Assembly (NCBI GenBank): GCA_013265495.1 | Contig: MU058423.1 | Span: forward strand, 6,424,939 to 6,488,938 | Length of the DNA stretch: 64,000 bases | Direction: 5' to 3' | From: Vicugna vicugna | Lineage: Eukaryota | Shown here: positions 38,220-49,944 of the stretch, one piece after another | Layout of the letters: every line of letters starts with the position of its first letter | How positions within the stretch are numbered: the stretch's first letter is position 1 | Position numbers and translations under genes: made by a program | Notes under the pieces: generated by a model | What the model was told of the DNA's origin: nothing | Seen by the model: the letters and a program-made list of their open reading frames with translations, nothing else | Databases searched by the model: none

Positions 38220-38520
38220 TGTCGCAGTAGCTTAAAACAACATTTCACTATATATCATGATTTTGTCAGTTAGGAATTCAAACAGAACTTGGTTCACAAT
38301 TTTTCTACTCAATGTGCCAGGGACTGGCTGAAGTCGCCCATTATCTCTGCCTTGTGGGTGGGCTTATGTGGAGAGTTCAAAAAGAATTCACCCAAATGCC
38401 AAATACTTTGGTAGGGACAGCTGGAGAGCTGGACTCAGCTGAGCCTCTTTCCTTCTTCAGGTAGACTCAGGGCCAATCCACGTGGTCTTTCCCCTTGGGA
38501 AGATGGAGTTCTTACATGGA
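38220..38520 (-). mobile_element. MLT1-type LTR fragment
   Basis: cagtagcttaaaacaacattt...gggacagctggagagctggactcagctg. Confidence 0.55.
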
Positions 38521-38529
38521 GGCTATCTT

Positions 38530-39090
38530 TGTGTCCAATGCGGATTCTTTTTTGACCCGGGAGTTATTTTGAAGGGCTTAATTTCCAAATATTTGGGGAC
38601 TTTAAAATTATATTCTGTTAAATTTGTTATGTCATTTAATTTGGGTTTATTTCTTCTGTGCTCAAGATATTATCTGTAGGATTTTAACATTTTGGAATTT
38701 ATAAAGGTTTTCTTTATTGTCCAGAATATGGTATATTCACAGTTAAAAGTTGATTAAATATAATCTATATATATAGCTAAAAAGATGCATTCTAAAATTG
38801 TTTGGTGCAATGTTCTATATGTACTAATTAATTATGCAGTTAATTCTGTGTTACTTATACCAAACTGGGTTAAAATCAGCAACTATATTTGCTTATTTTT
38901 TTCCTTTTAGTTCATTTATTGCATTATATATACTGGATTACATATACTGAATACAGGGGAGTACAAAGTAAACATTATTATGTATTCTTCTTAGGTTGAC
39001 ATTTTTTTCACTATGAAACTTTCTTCTATCTCTCAACATACTTCTTTCCTTAATGTCGTCTTTGTCTGATATTAATATTGCCATATCAAA
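38530..39090 (-). mobile_element. Old L1 fragment
   Basis: ttaatttccaaatatttggggac...tttgtctgatattaatattgcc, antisense L1 ORF2 motifs. Confidence 0.65.
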
Positions 39091-39123
39091 TACCCGTTAA
39101 GAAGACAGCAATTTAATTCTTAC

Positions 39124-39169
39124 CTCTGTAACTTCTGGCATCAGTCAAGAGAAGCCTTTCTTTAAATAA
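39124..39169 (-). other. Candidate small exon (46 nt; LFKERLLLTDARSYR in frame 0)
   Basis: Acceptor ctgtttcatatcacacAG; donor GAG|GTAAGA. Confidence 0.25.
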
Positions 39170-39508
39170 CTGTGTGATATGAAACAGTTATGATTACTAT
39201 TTAAACATATTTCTATTAGCTTGAGGGAGTCCTACATTAGGTTTAGTAATATCTATTGAATTATCTTCCTGAATGCTAAAGGAAAATACATTATATGATT
39301 ATATTTAAATTTAGTGGTGATCACACTAATGCAAATCATTGACTCTCTTAAGTGGCTGCCTATTTTGTTTAAGAAGTGAAAGTTCGAGCATTCTATTGGA
39401 ACAAGTAAAAATTACAAAATTTTAAACAAAGTGTTTTCTGCTTTGTAAAGCAGCCATTTGAATGTGAGGTAAAACTTTATATACTACTCAGTATTTGATT
39501 TTACTTAC

Positions 39509-39535
39509 TTGTTTCTGTTTCTGCTTGAGTTACAC
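39509..39535 (-). other. Candidate micro-exon (27 nt)
   Basis: Acceptor tttttttctaaacttaactgttctctaaccAG; donor CAA|GTAAGT. Confidence 0.3.
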
Positions 39536-40052
39536 CTGGTTAGAGAACAGTTAAGTTTAGAAAAAAAGGAGTAAGAAGATAAGGTTAAGTGAAAGGAATC
39601 CACTGTTTCTTTGGATGTGGTTTTCCTGGAGGTAAAATCAGCAGTCTGAAACCATTGGGCAGATTTAAGGTTTGGTTCACCAAACATTGTTTCGGCCCAG
39701 ATATATGTATGACTCACACAAATCCTAATTTCTTATGTATTTAAATATCACTGACTTGAAGGAACTTATAAATCCTGTTAAAAGAAATAATTTATAGTCG
39801 TTTTGAACAATCATATTTTTTGATAAGAAAACAAACACTAAAAGTTAAATTACTCTCAAGTATGGATTCATGATTTTCATTTCTCCTTTGAAACTACTTC
39901 TTAAAATCTGAAATGTGAGAATTACTGGAACAAATGATCCATTCTATAAATGCTTTCCTGCCACAACCCAATATTTTAAAATGCAACAATTTTGCAGCCA
40001 CTACCATCACCACCAGAGCTCCACGGATGCTTTTTAACCCTCCAGAGTTTAG

Positions 40053-40415
40053 CTGAGAAGTAAGTGGCAAAAAAATTAGGTCATTTTTGTAATTTGGAAT
40101 CATGAAAATATATTATCCCCCAGAAAATGGCAAAACCTGAAAAAAAAATTTTACATGTGAACTTTGTCCTCTAACGGAAGAATCTCGTCATCAGGGTCAT
40201 GAACTGCCACGTTGCACAATTCCAGTGTGGAATATTTATACTGCATTTTGAGTTAATTCCCTGAAGTTGTGTAAAATAGAGGCCCTTCTTAGATTTACTG
40301 GGGATATGCCTTTTAACAGGATAATTCTCTTTCAACTTTCAGCGTAACACCATGTGCCTGTCATCTATTCATTCCACATACATTTTGTCACAGGCACATT
40401 TAATCATTTATTTCA
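40053..40415 (+). repeat. Long inverted repeat, left arm
   Basis: Reverse complement aligns over its whole length to 41938-42312; hand alignment gives ~90+% identity with one 10-bp indel. Confidence 0.97.
40192..40286. mobile_element. MER91-like short palindromic DNA element (mirror copy at 42077-42170)
   Basis: cagggtc...ttgcacaattccag...ctgaagttgtgt...ggccct, self-complementary ends resembling MER91A. Confidence 0.55.
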
Positions 40416-40694
40416 TTATTTATACCCATAAATCATGAGACTATATGTATGTGTAAATATCCACATTGGTATAATTCTTTAAGTTTTTGTGAAGTATTTG
40501 CACTTTACATAAAAACAAGCATAGCAAAACATGTCTATTTAATGAAAGCTATTTGGTCATGATGCTTAAAAATACTAAAAAGACAAGTTAAATGTTTTGT
40601 TTATTTGAATATTAAAATCTATGTAAACACATATTATGATCTGTAAAAAATAGCAAATAGAAAAACTGAAATTATGTAAAATGTATAATGTCAT

Positions 40695-40940
40695 CAGCAA
40701 CAATAATAACTAAAATCTGAGTCTGTTTACCTGTCAGGTCCTGTGCTAACCTTGAAACAGGCACTATCTCCTTACATCATCATAACAAATGGATAAAATC
40801 AATAAACTCAAAAATCTCATTTTTACATGAGGAAACTGAGGCACAAAAGGTTTTACAAAGGTCATAGAGCTAGTAATCAATACATTTGGTATTTGCACTT
40901 GGAGAGTCAGTCTCCAGAACCCGTGTTCTTATTCACTTTG
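40695..40940 (-). mobile_element. MIR SINE in the inverted-repeat spacer
   Basis: ctcatttttacatgaggaaactgaggcacaaaagg...ggtcatagagctagtaa. Confidence 0.8.
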
Positions 40941-41790
40941 CTGATCAACCAACATAAGTAGGAAATAGTGGAAGATCGGGAGAGAGAAGGAATACAGGAT
41001 ATAAGGCTAGCAGGCCAACTCATGGGCAAAATAAAGGGACATTATGCCTAGGGAAGAAAAAATCAACTCCTAAATTTGTCATCCAAGAGAGAAAGTCTTG
41101 AGAAAAACTTTAAACTTCAGGATATAATTAGTCTAATTTGTTTCACCAGGATTGAGAGTAAAAGATGGTAGCAGTATACGATTATAAAGCTGAATTCATA
41201 ATGTAGCCTAGGTTTTGTAAGCTTGATAGGAACTGTTTAGAAGATTATCATTAACAATTTACAGCCAATTAAACAATAGAAGTAAAATATGATTATTTAA
41301 TTTTATGTAAGCAGAATTTTAGCTTAGTTTTAAGCTGTAAACCTGATTCACTCTCACTCATTCCATGCATGAAAGAGACAGGGAAATAAAAATTATTAAT
41401 CAACTGCATTTTCAAAAATATCCATATTTCAGGGAATCACTGAGCAAATCCATACTGTAGAAGCTGATTTAGAAGGTACAAAAAGTAGCTTTGCATCTGC
41501 AATCTAAGCCCTAAATGGCTCTGAGGAGGAGCAAGCCTGTGACTGGGGAAGGGACTGGCATACTCTTGAATGGAGTTTTCTTACTCTGAGAAACAGGCAA
41601 ATTGGCTCAGAAACCGATAACCAAGTCCCCTTCTGCCTTTGCTGAACTTCTTGGCAATTCTTAAATCCCTCTCCCAGTTGTCCCCAAACACCCAAAAAAG
41701 ATGCACATGTTCTTTCTTAGTGAATTAATATAAAACATTCTCAGATGAATGCACTGGATTTGCAGCATATTCAAGCAAAGGAACGCTCAC

Positions 41791-41860
41791 TATCCCCTTC
41801 TTCAAATGCAACTCAAAGTCTGTGCAATTCTTCAGGCATTCAATCAAATGTATTAGCATT
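41791..41860 (-). other. Candidate exon in the inverted-repeat spacer (70 nt; longer form to donor at 41585)
   Basis: Acceptor gggtatttctttacctacAG; donors ATA|GTGAGC or AGA|GTAAGA; open frame MLIHLIECLKNCTDFELHLKKGI. Confidence 0.25.
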
Positions 41861-41937
41861 CTGTAGGTAAAGAAATACCCTCTCTCTAGCCTGACCTCTA
41901 TTTTCAATCAATTTCAAAGCTGTAAATGACTGAGGCT

Positions 41938-42312
41938 TGAAATAAATGATTAAATATGCCTGTGACAAAATGTATGTGGAATGAATAGATGACAGGTACA
42001 TGGTGTTGCACTGAAAGCTGAAAGAGAATTATCCTGTTAAGAGGCATATCCCCAGTAAAGAGGTAATAGTCTAAGAAGGGCCTCTATTTTACACAACTTC
42101 AGGGAATTAACACAAAATGCAATATAAATATTTTCCACTGAATTGTGCAATGTGGCAGTTCATGACCCTGATGACAAGATTCTTCCGTTAGAGGACAAAG
42201 TTCACATGTAAAATAATTTTTTTTTTAGGTTTTGCCATTTTCTGGGGGGTAATATATTTTCATGATTCCAAATTACAAAAATGACCTAATTTTCCCACTA
42301 CTTACTTTTCAG
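41938..42312 (-). repeat. Long inverted repeat, right arm
   Basis: Reverse complement of 40053-40415, carrying an extra gaggtaatag. Confidence 0.97.
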
Positions 42313-42366
42313 TGTTAATGATCTCCGTTTTCCTCCCTGCCATCTCCATCTTGCCATCTACTCTGC
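42306..42366 (-). other. Candidate exon (61 nt, purine-rich; RVDGKMEMAGRKTEIINTE)
   Basis: Acceptor gttttatagcacctgtttAG; donor AAA|GTAAGT at the outer end of the inverted-repeat arm. Confidence 0.25.
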
Positions 42367-42791
42367 CTAAACAGGTGCTATAAAACTTTCTAATGCCAAC
42401 TCATCCAATTCCTCCATAAAACTCCCTGGTAATTCTATACAATGTTAATTTCATTTGATCCTTGTGAACCTCAGAGTTGAGTTTTCACCACGGGACTTTT
42501 TTGTCACAAGTAATAAATAGATTACCATTCAATATTGATGGTACCTAGAGATTATCATACATCTAGTATGTATTACTCTTGGACTAAGTTATTGGTACAT
42601 GGATGCTCACTGAATTTCAGCCTGTACTTTTCCCCAACTGTGTCCTTGTGTTGGAGTTAATTATTAAAAGTCAGTTTTCCTACCCCGCATGCCAGATTAC
42701 AGGTGAGATTAGAGCCCAAAGCTGAACAATAATTAACTTTGCTGAAGCTTCGTGGCTTTGCACAGGTGGTGTGATTTTCCATAATGGTAAG

Positions 42792-43157
42792 CAGTTCTTG
42801 GTAACCTTCCAAATAAAATGCACTCTTCTCTTGATTTATATAGCAGTTACCTACCTGGAAGAATTAGCAAATCTTAACAGCATTCCAAAAATAATTTTTT
42901 CACACATAAAAGTGATATGCATCTTTGGCTCAAATAATTAAAATGGATTTTTATTTACATGATACCTAGTCAGAAATCTAAGAGCCACAACAAAGTTTTC
43001 ATTATATGACACTTACTACGCATTGAAGGATATCGAAATATCCTAGTCCCTATCCAATAAATGGCAATAATGCCCCTCCTCCACAGTTCCTGTGACAAAG
43101 AATAACACTCCATTCAAACTTCAATATTTCTCTATAAACCCCCACTGAGAACCACAT
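42792..43157 (+). mobile_element. MER20B-like hAT element
   Basis: ggctcaaataatt...ttttatttacatg...cctgtgacaaag...actgagaaccac. Confidence 0.6.
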
Positions 43158-43977
43158 CTGTTAGACTGGAAAGAAGGCAAGAGCCAGATGATAGAGAGCT
43201 TGGAATATATGTAAAGGACTTGAGGTTTATCTTTAGGATAATAAGAAACTACTGAAAAAATTTAAGCCAGAGAGCAGTAGCATTTATATTTTAGAAAATA
43301 TAATTGATCTGCTAAGTACGGAATGAATTAGAGGGTATTTTCATAGCAAACTGAAGACCTTAAGTCGTCTAGGTGACAGACAATGGTAACTTTGACCAGA
43401 ATGACTTGAAATAAGCTATTTAGAAATTAGATCATTAAAGATTGGTTCTCAGGGGTATGAAAGGAAAGACATAAAGGATAAATGGCAAATACAGAAAAAA
43501 CTATAGAAGAATCTAGAGTTGCCTTATATATCTTATTTTCCTCTCTTTATTGAAGCTATGTTATCTCTGAAGATATTTCTATTTTTAAAGATTTTTTCTT
43601 GATTTTTCTAATTTTCCTTGAAGTTAGCTAAGTCACTAGAAAAAAAGAGATTTCATATACACACATGTTATTAATAAATTTACCACTTAAAAATTCAAAG
43701 TGCTCTTTCATTAATCTTTGGGTAGATTTAATTTTTTTTCCATAGATTCCATATTAATGGACATTAGCAAGGTCATTACTTTGTATCTCCAAGTATTTGA
43801 CTCTGGATTTTCTCAGAGCCAACCAAATTATAATACTTAACACATTTAACCTTTTTTAATCAAGTATTCATTTTTTCCTTCTCAGATTCATGCTTCACTT
43901 TTACACATATATGATATAAAAATTCAGTTTAGAAGAGCTTAGTAATGTAAGTGTTTAGATAGGATAGAGTTCTTACA

Positions 43978-44520
43978 CCAATATATTTCAAACTTCAGTG
44001 TACACTGGAATTACCTGGATTGCTTCTTAAGAACTTACATTTCTGGGCCCCACATTCAGAAATTTTTTTATCATATAGTGAAATTATTTATAGGATGAAA
44101 GAATTCCATTTAAGCTAGATATTAATGGACATAAATAAATCTTAACTCTAGAAGCAACTTGGCCAATACTAGTGAATGACAAATCTGTCCAAGGCTGTTT
44201 CCTTCTAAACATTCACCTGTACAGTACATGTGCCCTATCTGCCTATCACAAACCCCAGATGAACAAAGTAACCAGAACAATTCTTATAGGTCACATTTCC
44301 AAAGATCTCAGTGATGGGTGATCTCTGGGACACATGGGACCCACCACCATGTCACTCTGGTATTAGCTGACTAGACCATGCATGTGCAGAATCAGAATTT
44401 CTGATTCAGTAAGTCTGGAGGAGAGCTCAGGAATATGATTTATTTCTTCATTTGTTCTTTATTAATGAGCAATTTGGTTAACTTCGGTACTATTAAGATT
44501 ACGCTCTGAGAAACAGTGCT
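43978..44520. mobile_element. MER5A hAT-Charlie element split by an ~300-bp insertion
   Basis: ttcaaacttcagtgtacactggaattacctgg...ctgggccccac (43978-44060) and tttctgattcagtaagtctgg...ctctgagaaacagtg (44390-44520). Confidence 0.65.
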
Positions 44521-44818
44521 ATAGCCAAGGAATATTTTACCATGCTCTACTCTGTCTCTGATATGTAGGAAAGAATAGAGTTAGTTGTTTCCAAGCCTAT
44601 AAATATACTAATTCTCTTTACTGTGGAGTAGTCTATATTTTTCCAGGAGCAAAAGTCCATAATATTGGGTGAAAAAGTTCCTTATGTGCTAAAAATTACA
44701 TAAAATAGCCCAAACTATCTCAGTAAAGTACATGATGATAATGTTTCCTGGGGTTGGGTTGGTGGGGTTGGGCTGGTAGGGTTGGTGGCGGTAAGCTATG
44801 GGATGCAAACATCTAACT

Positions 44819-44990
44819 CAGTGATTATCCGCCTTGGCCATGTATAAAAATCACCTGAGAATTATAAAGCATCCCTATACTCAAGTCACACTCCAGACTA
44901 TTTAAAAATAAGAATATCTGGAGGTGAGGCCCAGGTATTTTAAAAAATCTTCCAGGTAATTTCAATGCATAGCCAAGTTTGAGGACCACT
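44819..44990. mobile_element. MER5-type hAT-Charlie element
   Basis: aaatcacctgagaa...aagaatatctggaggtgaggcccagg...gccaagtttgaggaccact. Confidence 0.8.
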
Positions 44991-45076
44991 CACTGAATGG
45001 AGTGGTCAATGATTATCCAAAACAGAGGTGCAGTCCAGCTGAGAGGTAAAAGAAGCACGCTTTTCAAGTATCCTAT

Positions 45077-45551
45077 TGTGATGGTTAATGTTATGTGTTA
45101 CCTTGGAGGGACTAAAGGATGCCCAGGTAATTGGTAAAACATTTGTAGGTGTGTCTGTGAGATTCTTCTGGAAGAGATTAGATTTGAATCAATTTGATTA
45201 AGTAGAATCAATAGATTTGAATCAATAGATTAAGTAAAGATCATCCCTACCAATGCAGGCAGGCATCATCCAATTAGCTGAGGGGCAAAACAGATTCAAA
45301 CACAGAGAAAGGGTGAATTTGCTTTCCCTGCCTGCGCTGAGCTGTCCATCTTCTCCTGCTCTCAGACATTGGTACTCCTGGTCTCAGGCCTTTGGATTTG
45401 GACTGAATTACATCACCGGCTTTCCTGTTTCTTCAGGTTGCAGATGGTAAATTATGAGGCATCTCGGCCTCCACAATCACATAAGCCAACTCTTATAATT
45501 AATTAATTAACACCCTATTGCTCTGTTTCTATGGAGAACCCCAACTAATAC
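45077..45551 (+). mobile_element. MLT2 (ERVL) solo LTR
   Basis: tgtgatggttaatgttatgtg...tctcggcctccacaatcac...ctgtttctatggagaaccccaactaatac. Confidence 0.9.
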
Positions 45552-46234
45552 GCCCATGAATCTTACATGTGGCCTTCTGAACCAAACGCTAGTGGCCTGG
45601 ACATCATTTCTATGTCACCTTTCTGATAGCAGTAACCACCTAACATAAATTAATTCTCAGAGTAAAAAACCCATTTTGAAGAACCAGCTTTATGACACTT
45701 ATAAATGATAAACTTCCTTTCAATATTTATCATTGAATCAAGTTAATCACAATCTTCAATGCATACAAGTCTTCCCATTTCTCCCTGAACCATTATAATC
45801 CTCTTAAATTTTTCGATTTTATGGTTCAAACTGGAAAAGAAAAATTTGCATTTCACTTTTGGCCTTATATAGCCCACCATCTCACAACTAAATGGAAGCA
45901 AAAATAGTTGTAAGTGGGATCATTTGGAACTAACATAAACACATTGAGATTTTAATTTTGAAACAGCAATTTAAACTACTTTTAAAAAGAGGTCTTTTTA
46001 CTGGAGAAATGTATTTGTATTTTTAATTAGATTTTTTTTTCCTGATGTTTAATGTCATTTTAAATAGCAAAAGCTCATTGTTTCTGGAACTGAGATCACA
46101 GAAAAGAACAGGTACAGAAACATTGCCTGTTTTTTTAAAAAAGAACAATGCCCTTATAATCCCTTATAATTAGTAATAAGATTTCCGAAATGAGCTAATA
46201 CTGACAGAAGATACACCTGTGACTCCTCACAGCT

Positions 46235-46688
46235 ATGTCTTAGTAGTAGGGCTGTCATTGCAAATTACCACAAACTGGGTGGCTTAAAATAACGAAAATT
46301 GATTCACTCACAGTTTTGGAATCCGGAAGTCTGAAATCAAGATGTTGGAAGGGTTGGTTCTTTCTGGCTGGTTCTTTCTGGAGTCTGAGAGAGAATCCAT
46401 TTCACACTTCTCTCCTAACTTCTGGCAGCTCTGGAAATCCTTAGCATTTTTTTGGTTTGTGGATGCAACACACCAAGTTTTACATCCGTCTTTATTCACA
46501 TGGCAGCCACTGTGTTTCTGTATGTCTTATCCTTCTCTGCTCTTATAAGGACACCTGATGTTGAAATAGGGCCCACCATAATACAGAATGATCTCATCTT
46601 GGGATCCTTAATTACACCTGAAAATACAGTCACATTCTGAGGTTCCGAGTAGACAAAGATTTTGGGGAGAATTATTCAACCCTCCAGA
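46235..46688 (-). mobile_element. MLT1B/C MaLR solo LTR
   Basis: caaattaccacaaactgggtggcttaaaa...cttataaggacacc...gtcacattctgagg...attattcaaccc. Confidence 0.9.
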
Positions 46689-47748
46689 GTAGTGATATTT
46701 TATCTGTTATTCTTTTTCATATGTATGCATTTCACATATAAATAATTAATTTACTCCATCACAGCAAATTATTTCTTCTCCCCAAAATACTGTACTTAAA
46801 AAGAGATAGAAACAAATATTATACCCAACTTTAAACAACCTGGTCATGTTCTAACTGTGTGGTTTGGAAAGTTATAAATAAAACTTAATTTGTTATCTGC
46901 AAAAAGAGGATGATAACACCTGCCCCATCTCTTGTATAGAATTGTTGGAATCAAATGAAGTGTGAAAATGATATGAATTGGAAGAGTGCAGCCTACAGAC
47001 ATCTCTAATATTTTTTTCTTAAAATGTATAAAATGAAGGTTAACTTTCCAACTTTTGATTTATTCACCATACTCAGAATGCAACTATTTCAATATAATTT
47101 TCTTTGAAATGGGGCAAAAACAAATATGTGTGGAAAGCAATGTGATATACATATTTTCAAATGTTTTAAAATGTCTGTTCCATTTCTACATTGAAAGCAA
47201 CTTTTTAGGGGGTCATTTCATTAAAACTTTCCAGAGATTTCAACATGAATTTTATAGATACAATATTTCAATAACTTTTCATTTAAATTTTGTAATTACA
47301 ATATTAAACACTATTGACAGAAATAGATTTGAGGACACACAATTGACTCTTGGTATGCATTCGGTTCAACTGCTGGATGCAGATAGGTGTGGCCATATCT
47401 GAAAACTACTTTAGTTACTAGTTTTGAGAATTTGGGGGACATTAATCAGTATGATTTATATAGAGAATGGAGAATGTTAGTTAATGAAGCTACAGCTAGG
47501 TTAACTGGAAGTTAGCTAAGGGAGAATTTTTTTACTCAATAATTTCTGGTCCAGGAAATATTTTTTTTCTCTTCCCGAACTTCTGATTTCTTTAACAATT
47601 TATCATGCTACCAAATATCGTTTTTTGCATTTGTTTTGCTCTTTGTGAGCCACTTTTACATTGTCTACTAGATTAAATGCCTCTTAGGAGAGGAATGGTG
47701 TCTTGTTCATCTTTGTAATTTTTTCAGCTTCTTGAGACATAGTCCTTA

Positions 47749-48362
47749 TGAGACAGGAAGGGGTCAGGGCACAGCCATTCAAGGAATGATACAGCAATTA
47801 ACATCAAAATGGTCAAAGATCCAACCCCCAGTAGGCCTTGAGGCTCAAGATGGTGAGAGATTTGACTTCTAGCACATCTTGAGCTTCATTATATGCTAAT
47901 TGTATTATATTAACATGGTAAATAACATGCCCACAGGCACCATGGCAGTCCTAAGGCTAGCCAAGAAAGGTCAAAGAGTGGGAAATGGCCAACTTCCTGG
48001 GAATCCCAGCCCCTTCCCCAGGCTAGTTATACTGGTCCTTCCACTTACTAGAACATGAAGCCACCAAACCCATAAAAACTGGCAACACAGTGCTTTGCCT
48101 CGCTGGAGACAGCCCACACTGTCTATGGAGTGTGTACCTTCTTTTACTCTAATCTGAGCACTCAACCCCCACATCTCGTGGCCTCTCTCTTGCCTTTTGG
48201 TATATCTCTCAAAATAAATCTATCTTTACTCAACTGTGGTTGCTCCTGAATTCTTTCCTGCGCGAAGCCGAGGACCCACACTTGGCGGGGCACATCCCAG
48301 GGGCTCAACAGAAGCCTGGAACACGGACCTCCTAACGCCCCACATCCGTTTTTGCTACATCA
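47749..48362 (+). mobile_element. MER41-like ERV1 solo LTR inserted in an L2 3' end
   Basis: TG...CA termini, exact 4-bp TSD ctta, motifs cttcattatatgctaatt, gcccacactgtctatggagtgtg, aataaa, gaattctttcctgcgcgaagcc. Confidence 0.85.
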
Positions 48363-49944
48363 CTTATACACACTAAGGTTTGTTGAATGAATGAATGCTG
48401 CTTTAAAAGGAACAGGAATAGTTTCTTATTAAATAAAACCATATCTATGCTTTGGACTTTTCTGTACCTGGAGCTCCCTTTGGAGAAATTAGGAAATAAT
48501 TTTGATAAAAATAACTATGTGTAATATATAGCCTAATTTGTTTTTTTTTTCCCACCAGGAAAATGTGAGGAAATAAAATTCTATCTATATTTTAGAAAAT
48601 GTAGTTCTTGTATTTTTTTAAAATTACAAATTTATTGTAATGTATTTAAATATCACATGTGTTTTAATTCTCTAGAAATTTGATAAATTTCTACTTAATC
48701 TAATAAATTAGATTCTATTAAAAAATCTGTATTTATTTCCAAAGAAGATTTGCATTTTTGTTTTTAAATATATATAAATTCATGGAGAGGGGTCCTTATT
48801 GTTAATTAATTTCAGTGTAAACACAAAGCAGTTATCATGCTAAAATAACATGCAGGGTCATTATTAAGAACAATGAATCATGGATTTAAATCATGATGGT
48901 TGCTCCCAAACCAAGGAAATAGGAAAATTATAGAAGACTTTGATTTGCCTTCTGAGAGAACTGCTAAAGCTGGGTTTAAATGATCTAACCCCGCTGTTGT
49001 AGCTGTCTTATTGACTGCCATATAGTAAGGGTGTTCAATAGATGTTTCTCAGTTGATTGATTGATTGATTTCAACCTTGGGTGGCTTGGATGAAGGCAGG
49101 TTGAGTTTAAAACTCTCTTCTTGTCTGAATCAAAACCTACAGTATGGGGCATTACAGAAAGGCTAGCTGTTTGTTTAAAATTTCTCAAACCTGAAAATAT
49201 CAGTAAAATTAGAGCTATATCATGTGCAAGAAGAGAAAGGAGTGCTTGCGAGCCTAGTACTGTCAATTTATTTCCACTTCAGTGGAAAACAAGGATGCAG
49301 ATACACTCAAAGGGTGATATCGTCTTGGTTCAGTTTTTGTGTGCCTTTTTCAGAGATAAGCAGTGAGTATTGCTAGCAACAGAATATCAAATACCAGAAA
49401 TACTATCTGAGTGTGTGTATAGATGGATGATAGATAGAGATACAAATATGGATATTTATATATGAATTCTGTATTTCTTAAAAGTATCAGTAGAGCCCAT
49501 AAAAATATAGATGTACTTTACAAGGGTGGCAGAGAATAATGACATAAATCACTGAATAACGATTTATTTTCCAGTCATTCCATTTTCTATTCTTTATTTC
49601 TTCTAAAACGTTCTGTAATGCTCACATCAGAAACCAGAGATCTCTTGGTTGTTAACAGTGTGTTCTTCCTTACTCTATGACAATGAATAACCACATACCA
49701 CACTTCAAAAAACATATATGATATGATATGCCCATCATAGATAATGGTGGCCATTGACAATTGAATAAAAATTTTTACTACAAATAATGTACCCCTGTAT
49801 ATATTCCTACATCTATATTACTCCTCACACTCCATTTTAGATTGTTTAAAGTTTCTGTCGTATTGTTCTCACCACTGTGTGCCAGGACTTACTCTAATTT
49901 TTTGTTCACCTTTACAAACCTATCACTGAACACACCGCCAAGTA

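Noticed and set aside
40053..42312. Inverted repeat as the TIRs of a foldback or DNA transposon
   Set aside because: No flanking TSD and no transposase; arms and spacer contain ordinary old genomic repeats (MER91-like, MIR).
40053..42312. Compensatory or G-U bias in arm mismatches indicating selected RNA structure
   Set aside because: Mismatches split about evenly between G-U on the plus strand and G-U on the minus strand, consistent with neutral transitions.
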